Below, in pieces: positions 62,983 through 64,000 of a DNA stretch of 64,000 nt. Both the position numbers and the translations under genes were made by a program. Where the stretch lies: positions 3,767,957-3,831,956 of the forward strand of contig CM082591.2 of NCBI GenBank assembly GCA_040954595.2, read 5' to 3'. The notes under the pieces are model-generated. The model was given only the letters and a program-made list of their open reading frames with translations, was not told the DNA's origin and searched no databases. Position 1 is the stretch's first letter. The number at the start of each line of letters is the position of its first letter. Source of the DNA: Balanoglossus misakiensis (lineage: Eukaryota > Animalia > Hemichordata).

Positions 62983-64000
62983 ATGGCAGCCAAAGAGTCC
63001 AGGTTTGTGGAGGAAATTGACGCCAACTTTCTGTCCTGTACCGTTTGCTCGGAGCGATACAAGAACCCTAAACTCCTCTCGTGTCTACACAGCTTCTGTG
63101 AGCCGTGTCTGGGGAAGCTGGCCGAGAAAAGTGGCGTTGTTACCTGTCCAATATGTCGGCGGTCGCACCAACTTCCTGATAGTGGCGTGGCAGGTATTGG
63201 TGGTAATCAGTTCATCAACGAATTTGTTCAACAGTTCAGAAAACGAGAGGAGGGTTTGTCAAAATCCAGAAAGTGCGAAGGCTGTGGTGAAGGAGAGTGC
63301 GTTAACCACTGTGTGGAGTGTGATGTTGACATGTGTGGGAACTGCGCCCGTTCACACGCTAAATTTCGGGGTACAAAATATCACAGGTTGATGACCATAA
63401 AAGAGTACGAGTCTGCAAAGTCCGATGACCTGGCTTCGGTACAGCCACCAGTCTACTGCACCAGTCACCCTGACTACCAGGTCGAATTTTACTGTGACAC
63501 GTGCGACAAAGCTATCTGTCTCAAATGCACAGCTATAGATCATCCGAGACCCGAGCATAAATACAGATACTTGAAAGACGCAGCCGCTGAATACTGCAAA
63601 GATCTGACAGAAGTAATCGACAAAGTGAAAGTGAAAGAAGATGAAGCCAGCCACAGCAAAGCCGTAGTCATGGAGACTGCCGAATCTCTCGACAGCTGTT
63701 ATCAGACAGAGGACAAGAAAATGAAAGAACACATCCAGAAAACAGTTGATGACGTCACTCGTATGATACGCGAAAATGGTGACAAACTTCTCGGCGAGCT
63801 CAAAGATGAATATGATAGAAGGAAAGTAAACTTAAATGCACAACTGAAAGAAATGGAGTTTGCAGAGAGTGACATGTCAAATGCGAGAGAGTATGCTGAG
63901 AAACTGATGCATTACGGGAATGCCACGCAGTTGATGTCAGCCAAGAAAGGGATTGCCACTCAAATGGAAGAATTGCTGAGAATGGAGACGAAAATTGATC
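62983..64000 (+). CDS. TRIM/RBCC E3 ubiquitin ligase (TRIM56/TRIM45/TRIM71-like), intronless so far, truncated by the window edge
   Basis: ATG at 62983 opens an uninterrupted frame of 339 codons to the end of the window: RING CTVC...CLHSFCEPC...CPIC, B-box1 CEGC...CVEC...CGNC..SH...H, B-box2 CTSH...FYCDTC...ICLKC...DH...H, then a heptad coiled coil. Confidence 0.93.
   Translation, partial: MAAKESRFVEEIDANFLSCTVCSERYKNPKLLSCLHSFCEPCLGKLAEKSGVVTCPICRRSHQLPDSGVAGIGGNQFINEFVQQFRKREEGLSKSRKCEGCGEGECVNHCVECDVDMCGNCARSHAKFRGTKYHRLMTIKEYESAKSDDLASVQPPVYCTSHPDYQVEFYCDTCDKAICLKCTAIDHPRPEHKYRYLKDAAAEYCKDLTEVIDKVKVKEDEASHSKAVVMETAESLDSCYQTEDKKMKEHIQKTVDDVTRMIRENGDKLLGELKDEYDRRKVNLNAQLKEMEFAESDMSNAREYAEKLMHYGNATQLMSAKKGIATQMEELLRMETKID

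Noticed and set aside
62822-63732. 189-aa (+) and 126-aa (-) ORFs in the track
   Set aside because: Off-frame and antisense shadows of the TRIM frame starting at 62983

Overview
Eukaryotic, AT-rich, intron-containing animal genomic DNA, probably from a marine invertebrate deuterostome (inferred from gene style only). I reconstructed four protein-coding genes by reading splice sites. (1, 2) Two convergent, tail-to-tail paralogues of branched-chain amino acid aminotransferase with identical intron positions: BCAT-A (+, about 1180-4942) and BCAT-B (-, 7592-21932, with a distant first exon starting a mitochondrial-type leader). (3) A SoxD-group (SOX5/6/13-like) HMG-box transcription factor (+, CDS 50035-57461). 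It appears to share a bidirectional promoter with BCAT-B near 21.9-22.6 kb, lies behind about 27 kb of motif-rich non-coding sequence, and probably has a 3'UTR of about 4.8 kb. (4) An intronless RING-B-box-B-box-coiled-coil TRIM E3 ligase running off the right edge, missed by the ORF track. Main points of interest: BCAT-A keeps the PLP catalytic residues but has a remodelled substrate pocket and no redox CXXC; a polypurine tract-LTR-antisense tRNA-Leu(CCA) retro-element sits in a BCAT-A intron; the SoxD-BCAT linkage mirrors human SOX5-BCAT1; and there are dense Sox, homeodomain, RFX and nuclear-receptor motif clusters. Most short ORFs in the supplied track are non-coding noise.
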